NCBI RefSeq assembly: GCF_006345805.1
Contig: NC_043002.1
Location: 8,184,001 to 8,248,000 of the forward strand
Length of the DNA: 64,000 nt
DNA from: Octopus sinensis
Lineage: Eukaryota
Direction of reading: 5' to 3'
Below the pieces are notes generated by a model. That model made no database searches. It was not told the DNA's origin and saw only the letters and a program-made list of their open reading frames with translations. Position numbers and translations under genes: made by a program. Position 1 is the stretch's first letter, and each line of letters starts with the position of its first letter. This document shows positions 35,795 to 50,699 of this stretch, one piece after another.

Positions 35795-37015
35795 CAGGGG
35801 TTGGACAAAATAACGGAAACACCTAGCATCACAGCATCATAATTTTGAAATATCTATAAAACCATCAAAAGCTTATTTATTTTTGTTTTTTTATTTATTA
35901 TTAGTGTTGCTTAATATGTTTTGCTAAAATTGCTGTTCCTTTTCAGATATCATCAGGAAAAGGTAATTAAAATTCATTAAAATGACAGATCTATTGGACT
36001 TTCAAAGAGGTCAAATTGTTGGTGCTTGTATGGCAGGTGCTGGCAAAACGAAAACAGCCGAAATGTTTGGTGTATCAAGAAGTACAGTCTCAAAAGTAAT
36101 GACAGCATTTGAAAAAGAGGGAAAAACCTCCTCGTTGAAACAAAATTCCAGAAGACAACCAAAACTTTCAGATAGGGACCATCAGACTCTTATGTGAATT
36201 GTTATAAAGGATCACAAAAGTACAGCTCCCAAAATTACTGCAGAGCTTAACCCTGTTTCCACAAAAACTGTTCGTTAGGAACTGCACAAAGCTGGAATCA
36301 CAGGAGGGCTGCAATCAGAAAAGCACTAATTTCAAAAACAAACATTGCAAAGCTTTGAGAGTGGAATAAAAACCTACAGAATTGGTCCCTAGGGCAGTGG
36401 AAGAATGTTATTTTCTCAGACGAGTCATCTTTTACCTTATTTGCAACCACCGGCCGAGTATACGTGTGGAGACAGCCAAAAGAAGCATTTGACCCAGACT
36501 GCCTTCTTCCAACTGTTAAACAAGGAAGAGGATTTGTGATGATCTGGGGAGATAAATCTTGGAAATCTGCTAGCCCAATGCTTTCCCTTAATGGCAGAAT
36601 TAATAGTCAAGACTATTTAAGCATTTTATCTGATCAGAACTGTTTCCGGAGGGAAATGCAATCTTTCAGGATGATAATGCACCAATTCACATAGCTAAAG
36701 TTATTACTGAATAGCACAAGGAACATTCTAGTGAAGTTGAACATCTTATCTGGCCACCACAGTCCCCAGATCTCAATATTATCGAACATTTATGGTGCAT
36801 TTTAGAAGAGCAAGTAAGGATTTGATATCCTTCACCATCATCACTACAAGAACTTGAGACTGTTTTAGCTGAAGGAAGGACAAAAATTCAAACTTTATAC
36901 AAATCCATACCTCATAGAATTCAAGCTGAATTACTGTCCAAAAATGGTCCTACTTCATATTAAAATGAATTTGTTTGAAATTTTGAGGTGTTTCCATTAT
37001 TTTGTCCAACTTCTG
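35795..37015 (+). mobile_element. Full-length (1221 bp) but decayed Tc1-superfamily transposon with DD36E spacing
   Basis: 30-bp TIRs CAGGGGTTGGACAAAATAACGGAAACACCT / AGGTGTTTCCATTATTTTGTCCAACTTCTG flanked by TA; MTDLLDFQRGQIVGA, FSDES, FQDDNAPIH, WPPQSPDLNIIEHLW; stops and frameshifts present. Confidence 0.92.
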
Positions 37016-37039
37016 TATGTGTATATATATATTTTTGCA

Positions 37040-37375
37040 CTCGCCTCCTTATGAGAGCTCAAAATATCTCGTGGAAGCATAATTCAATTAAAGTACAAAT
37101 ATATGGGAAACTACCACCTGTATCATCTCTTGTGAAAGGTAGAAGAGTCCAGTTTGCTGGACAATGTTGTAGAGCTGAAAACGAGGTAATTTCTACTCTT
37201 CTCCTCTGGAAGCCATCTGCTCACGATACCAGAGGGCACACACTCTCCTATCCTGATGTAGTCTCCAGGGATACAGGCATCCAACAACAGGACCTCCGTA
37301 ATGCTATGATGGACCGTGAAGTCTGGCATAACATAGTAAATTCCACTGTCTCAACCACGGTTGAACAATGAATGA
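37040..37375 (+). mobile_element. 3' end of another RTE family; longer copy on - at 60454-60866 with TSD CACACTACAC
   Basis: LYGSETWTL...YTRLLMRAQN.SW...QFAGHC.RA...DR..W..IV; TSD at 60444-60453 and 60867-60876. Confidence 0.85.
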
Positions 37376-37995
37376 AATATATATATACGTAGAGGAGTGG
37401 CTGTGTGGTAAGTAGCTTGCTAACCAACCACATGATTCCGGGTTCAGTCCCACTGCGTGGCATCTTGGGCAAGTGTCTTCTGCTATAGCCCCGGGCCAAC
37501 CAAAGCCTTGTGAGTGGATTTGGTAGACAGAAACTGAAAGAAGCCTGTTGTATATATGTATATATATATATAAAAAATTTTAATATAAAGTAAATAAATC
37601 GCCACTAAAAAATTTTAATATAAAGTAAATAATCGCCACTATATATATATGTATGTATGTGTTTGTCCCCCTAGCATTGCTTGACAACCGATGCTGATGT
37701 GTATACGTCCCCGTCACTTAGCGGTTTGGCAAAAGAGACCGATAGAATAAGTACTGGGCTTACAAAGAATAAGTCTCGGGGTCGATTTGCTCGATTAAAA
37801 GGTGGGGCCCCAGCATGGCCGCAGTCAAAATGACTGAAACAAGTAAAAGAGAATACCTTAGCTGTATGCAAGCAAGGTGATATTTTCTTCCTTAGTCCTC
37901 TAATACAAACAATACAATGGTTAAACTTGTTTTCATGGATGATGGCATTTGTTTACAATTAGTGTGCAGTGTTAAAACAAGGAGACACAAACATA

Positions 37996-38029
<34 letters not shown>

Positions 38030-41000
38030 TCTCTTTTACTCTTTTTCAGTCATCTGATTGTGGCCATGCTGGAGCACTGCCTTTAGTCGAGCAAATCGAC
38101 CCCAGGATTTATTCTTTGTAAGCCTAGTACTTATTCTATCGGTCTATTTTGCCGAACTGCTAAGTTACGAGGACGTAAACACACCAGCATCAGTTGTCAA
38201 GCGATGTTGGGGGGACAAACACAGACACACAAACATACACACACACACATATATATGACGGGCTTCTTTCAGTTTCCATCTACCAAATCCACTCACAAGG
38301 CTTTGGTCGGCCCGAGGCTATAGTAGAAGACACTTTCCCAAGGTGCCATGCAGTGAGAATGAACCCGGAACCATGTGGTTGGTAAGCAAGCTACTTACCA
38401 CACAGCCACTCCTACGCCTATACATAAGATTTTTTAGTTTCCATCCATCAAATCCGTTCACAAGACTCTCGTCCACCCTGGACTACATGGCATCTGGAAT
38501 ATTGTCTCTGACTATAGCTCCAAGCTAAGTAGAACTTTTTGTGTGGATTTCGTAAAAGCCTGCCGTGTGTGTGTGCGCAAGTGAGTGGGTGAGTGTGCAT
38601 GCATGCGTGAGAGTATGCATGTTTGTGTATGTGAATGTATACATGTGAATGAGTATGTTTATATTTGTGTCCTTGTTTTGACATCACATAACTGATGTAA
38701 AGGAGTCCCACTGCCGTGTCTATTTTCAATATTCTGTGAAAATATGTTTGGCAAATATTACTTTGGAAACAGGTGAGAGTTGGCCATAGAAAATCTGTTT
38801 CAATAAATTCTGTCTAACTCATGCAAGCATGGAAAAATGGATGTTAAAATGATGACCATGATTTGTATGCATTTCCTTCAACGATTAAATTTGGCACAGA
38901 AAATAAACATTAAAAAGAAAACAAAAGCAAATAAATCGTGTGCTGGAACGAAAGCAATTGCAGCATGGAAAGTGTTTATAAGCCATTTAAGAAACACACA
39001 AAAAATGTTAGATTCACTTCAACATTTAAATTTAATTTGTCAAAATATTTTCGTCGCTTTGGGACTGCGACCTGTTCTTCTGCAGCACAAAGTTTTGTCA
39101 GTGAACAGGTTGCAGTCTCAAAGCGACAAAAATATTTTGACAAATTAAATTTAAAGGTTGAAGTGAATCTAACGGCTTTTGTGTGTTTCTTAAATGGCTT
39201 ATAAACACCTTCCACGCTGCAAAAGCAAATAAATAAATTAATTAAATTAGAAAGACTACTGCACTTAAAAAATGAAGTTCTTTATCACTCTTGTGGTGAA
39301 GAGGAAATTGACTCGTTAGAAACCAGTAACTCATAATGCAATTGTTTACAAATTGTTTAATAAAATAGAGAAACAACAACAAAACTCTAAAAGCATGTTC
39401 AACCACCGTTAAATACCTGGACTAATCAAGCCAGCAAAGGAGACTCATTATGGTTGCTCAATCTACTACAAATAGCAGTCAAATCTCTAACAAATCATAA
39501 TCTATCGTCTTTGAAAGACTTGATGGATAAGATGTCCTGGGTTTTCTATACCAGAAAAGAAAAAGGCAGTCAAAACCAGAGATCATGAACTTATTTGATC
39601 AAGATTGACTTGGGGGTTAACCCTTTCGTTACTGTATTTATTTTGAGATGCCCTGTGTTTCTTTCAATTAATTTTAAATATAACAAAGAATTTAGTAAAC
39701 TAACTTAGTTATCATTCAGTTAGTGTTAGGAACATAAATTGTGACTAAGGTTTTATTACTATGTATATAATTGTACTCTATAATTCAGAACTTATGAAAA
39801 CAAGATATTTGTACTACAGAGCCAGAAATGGTTTCAGCTGGGTTGGTAACGAAAGGGTTAAACAATAACAACCTTGACAAATCAATGATGTTCAAGAGAG
39901 TTACTTACATTACTAACACCATCCTAAAATCATATTCTCTTTCGTGTAAACCAGATAAAGACTCAATGTTTGTACACACACACACACAAACAAATAAAAA
40001 TTACCTGTAATGTCAACTGACTAATTAGATCCACAAACTTTGTTGCCTTTTTTTTTTGTTTTTCGTAAGGTGGTTGGTATCCGGTACCCTTTAACATCGG
40101 ATGATTATTTCTACTGGCAATAATCTGAGATAATTAAACGTAGTTAAGCAGTAACGCATACAGAAATAGACTCAGCAGCAACAACACCAGATCTTCAGGG
40201 AAGATGACAGCTACACACACACGCAAACATAAATATATATATATGTATATAAGGGATACTGCTAACCTGGCAACAAACTTGTCTGACTGCAGAAATCTAA
40301 TGTTACTCTTACAATAGAGCCATCAGACCATATTGTTGATTTGTTTTCTGGTTATTAATATAAAAATATATTATACCCTGATAATACCCTGTCATCAGGC
40401 ATAGGATTTATATTATACTCTTTTACTCTTTTACTTGTTTCAGTCATTTGACTGCGGCCATGCTGGAGCACCGCCTTTAGTCGAGCAACTCGACCCCGGG
40501 ACTTATTCTTTGTAAGCCCAGTACTTATTCTATCGGTCTCTTTTTGCCAAACCGCTAAGTGACGGGGACGTAAACACACCAGCATCGGTTGTCAAGCAAT
40601 GCTAGGGGGACAAACACAGACACACAAACATACACACACACACATATATATATATACATTCATATATACGACGGGCTTCTTTCAGTTTCCGTCTACCAAA
40701 TCCACTCACAAGGCTTTGGTTGGCCCGAGGCTATAGCAGAAGACACTTGCCCAAGATGCCACGCTAGTAATGCTAGACCAAACAATGCTCTGCCACTTTC
40801 TCTATTATTGTGTGTGTGTATATATATATCTTCTTTTCCAACCAGGCTATCAGATGTTGCTACACATCGCTGGTCACAATGCGCTTCGCATTGCTTTAGC
40901 CTTCAAATGACACCACCTCGCTGGCTAAGCGAGCAGGCCAGCAGAAGAAAGAGTGAGAGAAAGTTGTGGTGAAAGAGTACAGCAGGGATCACCACCACCC

Positions 41001-41127
41001 CCTGCCGGAGCCTCATGGAGCTTCAATAAACACTCACAATGCCTGGTCTGGGAAATGAAACCGCGATCCTACAACTGCGAGTCTGCTGCCCTAACCACTG
41101 GGCCATTGCACCTCCATATGTATATAT

Positions 41128-41163
<36 letters not shown>

Positions 41164-41164
41164 C

Positions 41165-42645
41165 AGGAGCAGAAGTTTTAAGTGTGGAAACAAGGATTAG
41201 AATTGAAGGGCCTTGAGTCAACCTAGCTAAAACCAAAGTCCTAATAAGTAGGAAAGCAGGCAAACCACAAATCCCTTCAAGTAGATGGCCCTGCTCCATC
41301 TGTAGAAAAGGCTTAGGTAGAAACTCTATAAGATGTACTCAGTGTAAGCTATGGACACATAAGAGGTGCAGCAATATCAAAGGAAGGCTAACTGGGAGGA
41401 TAGTTTTCGTATGTGGCAGATGCTCAGGAACAATAAACACTGAAAATGTGCAGAGAACAACTTCCGCCACATTCCAGGGAGAAAAACTAGAAGTAGTTGA
41501 TAGCTTCTGTTACCTAGGTGACCAAGACAGTAGCAGGGAGGGGTGTGCTGAAAGTGTAGCTGCTAGAATAAGAATAGCCTGGGCAAAGTTCAGAGAGCTC
41601 TTACCTCTGCTGGTGACAAAGGGCCTCTCGCTCAGAGTAAAAGGTAGACTGTACGACGCATGTGTATGAACAGCCATGCTACATGGCAGTCAAACATGGG
41701 CCATGACTGCTGAGGACATGCGTAAGCTCGCAAGGAATGAAGCCAGTATGCTCCGATGGATGTGTAATGTCAGTATTCATACTCGACAGAGTGTAAGTAC
41801 CTTGAGAGAAAAGTTGGACCTAAGAAGCATCAGTTGTGGTGTGCAAGAGAGACGATTGCGCTGGTATGGTCATGTGGCGAGAATGGATGAAGATAGTTGT
41901 GTGAAAAAGTACCAGACCCTAGCAGTTGAGGGAACCTGTGGAAGAGGTAGACCCAGGAAGACCTGGGATGAGGTAGTGAAGCATGACCTTCAAACATTGG
42001 GCCTCGCCGAGGCAATGACTAGTGACCGGGACCTCTGGAAATAAGCTGTGCTGCAGAAGACTCGGCAAGCGCAAGTGTGACCATAACCTTGTGGCCTATG
42101 CTAGGGGTGTAACTAGTCCACTTATGCGTGCCTTTTCTTCACTGGACACTAAACTCTGCTTGTGAAGACCAGTTGAGGCAAGTGAAATCGAAATCAAACT
42201 CGGTGACTGGCATCCGTTGCTAGTGGAGTGCTTAGAGTACCTTACAAGTGAGATTGTTGCCTTAACAACAAGCTGGCCTTGGAGCTGATGGCATGTTAAA
42301 CACACCATTCGAGCGTGATCATTACCACATCGCCTTACTAGCACTTGTGCTGGTGGCACGTGAAACATTCAAGCGAGGTCGTCACCAGTGCCGCTGGACT
42401 GGCTCCTGTGCAGGTGGCACATAACAAGCACCATTTGGTCGTGGCCGTTGCCAGTACCACCAAATTGGCCCTCGTGCCGGTGGCACGTAAAAGCACCCAC
42501 AACACTCTTGGAGTGGTTGGTGTTAGGAAGGGCATCCAGCTGTAGAAACTCTGCCAGATCAGATTGGAGTCTGGTTCGCCAGACCTCAGTCAAATCGCCC
42601 AACCCATGCTAGCATGGAAAGCGGACGTTAAATGATGATGATGAT
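41165..42645 (+). mobile_element. Second, shorter copy of the same RTE family (PHD finger to 3' tail)
   Basis: High similarity to 25550-27123, with frameshifts and TGA at the same codon (41667-41669). Confidence 0.92.
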
Positions 42646-43525
42646 ATAGATATATATATATATATATAATATATATATATATATATTATATATATATATA
42701 TTAATTTTATGAATGTGTCATTAATTTTATTATTATCCAATGTAACTATTTAAAAAATGATAATAACAGAATCAATGACATGTTATATATATATATATAA
42801 TATATATACACACATATATATATATATATACACACATATATACATATATATATATATGCACATATATACATATATATATACATGCACATATATACATATA
42901 TATATATATACGCATATATACATATATATATATACGCATATATACATATATATATATACGCATATATACATATATATATACACATATATACATATATATA
43001 TACACATATATATATATTACACATATACATATATATATATACACACATATACATATATATATATACACATATACATATATACACACAAACACATATATAT
43101 ACATATATATACATATACACATGCATATATATACATACATACATACATACATATGTCTGTGTGTATATGAGTCAGCAGAAAGAGAAGAACTAATATAATT
43201 TTGTTTTCCTTCTTTCAACAGCATCGTGTCTAAAGATAGTATAAAATGCAGTCTGAAACAGGCCAGGACAGCAGCAGCAGCTCTGCATTAAAGGGAAATA
43301 TACCACACAGCACAGAGACTGTTTACCAACTTCCAATAATAGTATGTGTGTGTGTACATACTCACACACACACACACATACATATCTATACAAGGTTTTA
43401 CGTATGCATGTATGTATATATGTGTGTATATATATATATTAAAGAAATGACAAGGGAATATATATGTGTGTATATTTATATATATATATTTCTTTACTAC
43501 CCACAAGGGGCTAAACACATATATT

Positions 43526-43588
<63 letters not shown>

Positions 43589-43765
43589 TTTATACATATA
43601 CATATATATATATATATATATATATGTCCAACCCATGCTAGCATGGAAAGCGGACGCTAAATGATGATGATGATGATATATATATATATACAATATATAT
43701 ATATATATATATAATATATATATATAGATAGATAGATAGATAGATAGATAGAGAGATATATACAT
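42645..43765. repeat. Extended compound (TA)n/(TACA)n microsatellite region
   Basis: Directly visible; source of the Y/I/H/C/V-rich spurious ORFs. Confidence 0.95.
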
Positions 43766-44859
43766 TAACGAAAAGATATGGGAATATATATGTAGTCAGC
43801 TAATTAGGCTGAAGAAAGAAGACGATGTGGTGAAACAGGTTTAAAACACAACCTGTGGGTTTATTTTCTTTCTCTTCTCCATTTAAACTCTTCCAACACA
43901 AAACCAGTATTCAGTCCTAAACCAATAAAGGAGCCAAAGAAAGATTCTCATTACTTCAAAATATGAAAAGATCCACACAACTGCTTAATGAGTTGAAGCA
44001 GGTAGGACCAATTAAAAAAAAAAATAATGACAACAAATATTAACTTCGTGTTGCGATTATGTAGAAAATGTCTAGTTTTGCATTTATAAAAACCCAGAGA
44101 TTAAAACTTCCAACGAGGGTACGATGACCTGATAACCATTGTATCGTGAGTTTGACATGTGGTGTTTTATTACTATGTATATAATCGTACTCTATAATTA
44201 AAGATGGTCCTGCTTTGATCGTTCTATCTTTGTGTCAGACATAATCTGAGCTACAAACATAGTACATGCTGCTATACCAACCTATAGTCAAAGTACACCA
44301 GTGTTTTAACCACTAATTATCTAACCTATACTACTTGAGAATATCTTTATACTGTATGCAATCTGACTGGAGAGAACATAGCCTTAATTATAATGATGTT
44401 GACGATATATAACTAAGGTGACAAGCTGGAAGAAACGTTAGAACACCGAGCGAAATGTGTAACCGTATTTCGTCTGTCGTTACGTTCTGAGTTCAAATTC
44501 CGCCAAGGTCGACTTTGCCTTTCATCCTTTCAGGGTCGATAAATTAAGTACCAGTTACGCACTGGGGTCAATGTAATCGACTTAATACCTATGTCTGTCC
44601 TTGTTTGTCCCTTCTGTGTTTAGCCCCTTATGGGTAGTAAAGAAATAGGTATTTCATCTGCCGTTACATTCTGAGTTCAAATTGTGCTGAGGTCGACTTC
44701 GCCTTTCATCCTTTCGGGGTCGATAAATTAAGTACCAGTTACGCACTGGGGTTGATGTAATCGACTTAATCCGTTTATCTGTCCTTGTTTGTCCCCTCTG
44801 TGTTTAGCCCCTTGTGGGTAGTAAAGAAATAGATATATAACTATTTGATGATACCATAA

Positions 44860-45010
44860 CTGTTTAACATCTTGCTAAACAACCTCAGAGATTTACAAGG
44901 AGACTTCAAAAAGTATCTCGACAAATTTCCCTCTGAAATTCCAGATGAAACCACATTGCAAGAGGAGGCACAAAAAAGAGCAGTTCCCTCCAATAACTCT
45001 TGTTTATACA
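44860..45010 (+). mobile_element. LINE C-terminal remnant (CR1/L2/Jockey group)
   Basis: LFNILLNNLRDLQGDFKKYLDKFPSEIPDE...RAVPSNN resembles the LFN.LP..LR...FK..LD.FL..IPD.P...SNS terminus. Confidence 0.55.
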
Positions 45011-46757
45011 TTACTGTTTTGATGGTAGGAACATAGATTGAAGTATATACAAATAATATGATAGTCATTATTGAAACGCTTTAGATCCTGTGTTAGTTGG
45101 ATCTAAACTTACCACGATCTAAAAAAAAAATTTTTTAAAACACACAGAACAGCTGGCTAAGGAACGTTTGTATCGTATAAACATTACGCTATATGAATCT
45201 TACTTCCACATTTGAGTCACGATTTGTGTTTTGTCGTTAAGCTGTATAAAAGGTGAATTAGGCGAAGGACTATAATAATTATCTTGCTATAAATTGTTAT
45301 GTGATTGTAATCTTACAGAAAAGACGTTATAGAAAGGAGACCCAAACACGCTGAAAGGTGGTGGGCCAGCATGGCCTCAAGCACTTGGATGATACCAATA
45401 AAAGATAGATACACAATTAGATCAAATTAATCTCTATAAAAAAAATGACAGAATGACCAAAGCTGGAACACTGATAGATTGTTCAGGGGTTACACAGAAA
45501 ACAACAAAAATATATTTCTTTACTACCCACAAGGGGCCAAACACAGAGGGGACAAACAAGGACAGACAAACGGATTAAGTCAATTACATCAACCCCAATG
45601 CATAACTGGTACTTATTTAATTGACCCCGAAAGGATGAAAGGCAAAGTCGACCTTGGCAGAATTCGAACCCAGAACATAATGGCAGACGAAATACAGCTA
45701 CGCATTTCGCCTGGTGTGCTAAAGTTTCTGCCAGCTCGCCGCCTTGTACACAGAAAACAACAAATATAGCTTAGTGTAATGTTAGTTTAGTCCAATTTCT
45801 ATTTGGAGTTCTGATCTTATTCTTAGAAAAACACTTAAGGATTTCATTTCACAAGGATTTCATTTCAATTGTTTAATTCTTAAACTGCGTCCTTGCCAAA
45901 TGTTCAACAAATGACTTGGCCATGCCAAGCAATTGGAAATATAATTTTAAAGACCGAGTAGGAAAGAGGAAAGTAAGACAACTTAATGCAAGGAATGCTT
46001 TCTGCATGAAAAACAAACAGTTAAGTTGATCCTAACTGCATATTTAATGTAGTAAGCAAAGAACTTTTTAAGTAGTGAAGAAAAGAATTCTAATCAAGAA
46101 GCAACTCTGGAATTTCGCCTTACTGGCACTTGTGCCCGTGCTAATAGGATGCCAAGAGCACCATCCGAGCGTGATCATTGCCAGAGCAGCCAACTGGTTT
46201 CCATGCCGGTGGCACATAAAAGGGCACCATTCAAGCGTGATTGTTACCAATGTCGCCTTACTGGCACCTGTGCCAGTGGCATGTGTAAAAAGATTCGAGC
46301 GAGGTCGTTGCCAGTACCTCCTGACTGGCCCCCGTGCCGGTGGCACGTAAAAAGCACCCACTACACTCTTGGAGTGGTTGGCATTAGGAAGGGCATCCAG
46401 CTGTAGAAACTCTGCCAGATCAAGATTGGAGCCTGGTGCAGCCATCTGGTTTGCCAGCCCTCAGTCAAAATCGTCCAACCCATGCTAGCATGGAAAGCAG
46501 ACGTTAAACGATGATGATGATGATGATGAGGTGTTCAGAATGATAGCAGATAGGAGAGGTGTTAAAGACAAGGTATGGCAGACTGACAATGTAGCTTGGG
46601 GTGGAGGGATGTAGAGAACTGAAGGGACTAAAAAGGGGTGATCAGTAACAAGTAATATGCACAAGAGTAATAACAAGAATGAGTAATGATATTTCAAAGG
46701 AAGTGTTTCTATACATACACACATACATATATATATATATATTATATATATATATAT

Positions 46758-46807
<50 letters not shown>

Positions 46808-48589
46808 AATTTAACTAATGTGTTTGCTGAAATGAATTGATAGGTCCTGTGTGGTAAGTAGCTTGCTTACCAACCACATGGTTCCGGGTTCAGTCCCACT
46901 GTGTGGAACCTTGGGCAAGTCTCTTCTACTATAGCCTCAGGCTATAGTAAGCGATGATGATGATGATTTAGAAAAATAGAATGGAGGCTTGCAGCGATAG
47001 CTAAGTTTGATTTTGGCAAGTCGGGTTACAACTCTGGATGCGTTTCAGTGCAATTAGACCACTTTAAATATGCGAGTCAGTGCTTATTCAGTGAAAATCT
47101 TTACATTTCTCAGTCGTCTAGGCTTTTTTATGACATAGCAGAGTTGTTAGAACCTCAGATAGCATACCTGGCAATATTTGTTTGCACTACAAAGTTCAAA
47201 TCCTGCTGAGGTCAATGTTGCTTTTCATCTTGTCAAGGTTGGAAAATAAATTACCAATCCAGTGCTGGGGTTGATTCTTCTCGTTACCTTTTTTTACTCT
47301 CAAAGAAATTGGCTATGGTCAGACTTGAAGTGGGATGGAATCTACCAGGTTAAAGAAAGGCGGTGAGCTGGCAGAAATGTTAGCTCGCCGGGCGAAATGC
47401 ATAGCCGTATTTCGTCTGCCGTTACGTTCTGAGTTCAAATTCCACCAAGGTCGACTTTGCCTTTCACCCTTTCGGGGTCGATAAATTAAGTACCAGTTAC
47501 GAACTGGGGTTGATGTAATCGACTTAATCTGTGTGTCTGTCCTTGTTTGTCCGCTCTGTGTTTAGCCCCTTGTGGGTAATAAAGAAATAGGTTAAAAATG
47601 TCTACAACATGCCATATGTTATGCCAGAGCTCTCACGGCCTCATGAGGAATTGAGGGCCTAAGGAATCATTGAAAAGGTTTAATTACACCAAAGTATGAC
47701 TAGAATTATCACTGTATTTGTCAGCGATTGGGCTTACTCTTCATTGACACTCATACCCTTATTCAATATTTATTAATTTAAATTCTGGATTCATTATTAA
47801 GTATGTTAGCATGCACTTAACTAGTCAAAATGTAATTAGCCAAAGTAACAATACAGCATGTTGCACAGAAAGATATTTAATTTAGGAATTATTTAAATCT
47901 AACACAATGTAAATATAGATCAGACTGTTTCTCAGGTGTAAATAATAGTTCATATACGATTCAACTGGCAACAGCCCAGCTCATCTCACTGATAACATAA
48001 TAGAACAATTTAATAAGCAATAATATAGGTCATACATTGCTAGTCTCACAAGAACTTTGAACAAAATATCTTGCACAGTTTTATTCTGCCCATTTATGTT
48101 CAGAGTTCAACTCTTGATAAGGTAAACCTACCTTTTAAGTTTTCAAGGTTGGTAAAATAAAGATCTGGTCAAGTACTAGAATTGATTTCATTGCCAGAAT
48201 TCTTCAAGCATAATACTACAGCTTAGAACCCAAATAAATCTTTGTAATGTTTAGACTTTCAGGGTGAATGGGAGTGTAAACCCTAATAGCCACAATATTT
48301 GTGTGAGGAGCAGTTTCAGTTCATCATCATCATCATCGTTTAACGTCTGCTTTCCATGCTAGCATGGGTTTGACGATTTTGACTGAGGACTGGCGAACCA
48401 GACGGCCGCACCAGGCTCCAATCTTGATTTGGCAGTGTTTCTACAGCTGGATGCCCTTCCTAACGCCAACCACTCCGAGAGTATAGTGCAACCTTCTCCC
48501 ACCCATCTTCCCCTTCATCTTCTCCCACCTCTCCATCCATCAACCTCCAGATCTTCAGCCTTACAACCTCAGACATACCATTAGAGTTA

Positions 48590-49960
48590 GTAACACCTAT
48601 TTCCAATATAACGGTGTGATTTACAGACTTCCAGCCTAACTATGGGATCCAGCCTTTCAGGCCTGCTGGCCATCATGTACATGGATAAGCTAGAACACAC
48701 AGCACTCAACACCTGCCGCTCGTGCATCTTCTTCTCCAGGTACGTTGATGACATCCTTATCATCACGTCCTCCAGGGATGAGGTCATTAACATACACCAG
48801 ACCTTCAATAACATCGACTTAAACATCCAATTCAAGACTGAACATCCAGATGAATCCAGAACCCTCTCTCTACTCGACTTTCAACTCAGGATCACAGAGG
48901 AAGGCTCCATATTTACCAACTTCTGCGGTAAAGCCGCCATCAGAAAACTTTTCGTCCCCTACCAATCACCCTTACCCACTAGAACCAAAGCCGCATACAT
49001 GAGAAAAGAGATTGCACGTATAAACAACAATCGCAGTGAAGTGACCAACAAAGCAGTCAACACCAAACAGTTCCTCAGAGACCTAACTTGAATGGCTACA
49101 CACCATCTTTGGCCAAACAACGGTGCCTAAAGAACATCAGGGTCAATAAACCCTGGAAGAACCATCGTACTCCCAAGTCCGGCACGTGCTTGCTAAACAT
49201 TTTGACAACAGAACTACTGCAGCAATGCAGCACACAGTCCGAAGGGAAGGACTCGACATACAGCTAGAGCACACCGGCCCTTCCCTGAGAAAAGCTCTGT
49301 CCAAGAACAACACCTCTCACTACTCTGAGGAGTACACATTATCGAACTGCCCCATCAATGACCCTGAATTGTGCCAGAGGACCTATGCTGTAGCAAATAT
49401 GGCGCATCCTACATAGGAAGCACAACAAGAAAACTGCAACCCCCGTGCCGGTAGTACATAAAAAGCACTATTGAAACGTAGCCAATGCCAGTGCCGCTTT
49501 GATTGGCTTCCGTGGTAGTGGCATGTAAAAAGCACCAACCGATCTTGGCCGATGCCAGTTCCTCTGGCCTCTGTGCCAGTGACACGTAAAAAGCACCCAC
49601 TAAACTCTCGGAGTGGTTGGCGTTGGGAAGGGAATCCAGCTGTAGAATCACTGCCAGATCAGATTGGGGCCTGGTGCAGCCTCCTGGCTTCCCAGACCCC
49701 AGTCGAATCGTTCAACCCATGCCAGTATGTAAAACGAATGTTAAACAATGATGATGCAAGCAGACACTTCCATGAAGAAACAACTATGGAAATGCCAGAC
49801 CTAGAATTCACAGTGCACATCAGGGCAACACAGCGAAACAAGGGCAACCTTAGAATCTCTGAAGCCATCCTCATACACCACCAAATATCAACAACAAGGG
49901 GACATAATCCAGGGTTTCTACAATTACATGATTTCCCAGGGCCATCCCTAACATTAATTT
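48590..49960 (+). mobile_element. Penelope-like element fragment (RT + GIY-YIG), split by an RTE 3' UTR insertion at about 49430-49755
   Basis: YRQ..GL.MGSSLS..LA..YM, RYVDD (48741-48752), QF..E..L.LLD, YIGSTTR (49410), L.I.EAILI. Confidence 0.88.
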
Positions 49961-50699
49961 CTACTACTAACAGTACTTGTCAGGTTTCCCATATTCACAT
50001 CTCTCATTACTGGAGTTCGATACACCAGGTGGGAGCAAAATGTTGGCATCACTAAACTTAGACGTATCTTCGTCTCATTTATATTTGAGCACTTTTTTTT
50101 GCAATCCTATAAACCCTTTTGTTTCGATAATAAAAGACAAATATTATTTCTTGTTGTATGTATGTATATATATATACATATATTCGAAGATAAAATCTTA
50201 TAAAGATTTTATCAAGGATCCAGCATATATATATATATCATCATCATCATTGTTTAACGTCCGCTTTCCATGCTAGCATGGGTTGGACGATTTAGACTGA
50301 GGGCTGGTGAACAGATGGCTGCACCAGGCTTAAATCTTGATTTGGCAGAGTTTCTACAGCTGGATGCCCTTCCTAACGCCAACCACCTCGAGAGTGTAGT
50401 GGGTACTTTTTATGTGCCACCAGCATGGGGGCCAGTCAGGCAGTACTGGCAACAACCTCGCTCAAATCTTTTTACACATGCCACCAGCACAGGTGCCAGT
50501 AAGGCGACATTGGTAATGATCACGCTCGAATGGTGCCCTTTTATGTACCACCGGCACGGAAGCCAGCTGGCTGCTCTGGCAACGATCACACTCAGATGGT
50601 GCTCTTGGCACCCTATATATATATATTGGGTGTGTACGAGGATGTATGGTAATAAAACATAGGTGCAAATGTTAAAATGGACAAAAATGATTTCAATCC

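Noticed and set aside
37858-37918. RING-like fragment CIVCIRGLRKKISPCLHT on minus as the missing TRIM RING exon
   Set aside because: In-frame stop just upstream, no good acceptor, only half the ligands, and a phase-0 donor that does not match the phase-1 TRIM acceptor.
42746-43765. Many 60-150 aa ORFs rich in Y/I/H/C/V
   Set aside because: Translations of TA/CA microsatellites.
49990-50070. Possible hammerhead at the 3' end of the plus-strand Penelope fragment
   Set aside because: The core is too degenerate (neither CTGANGA nor GAAA intact) to call.
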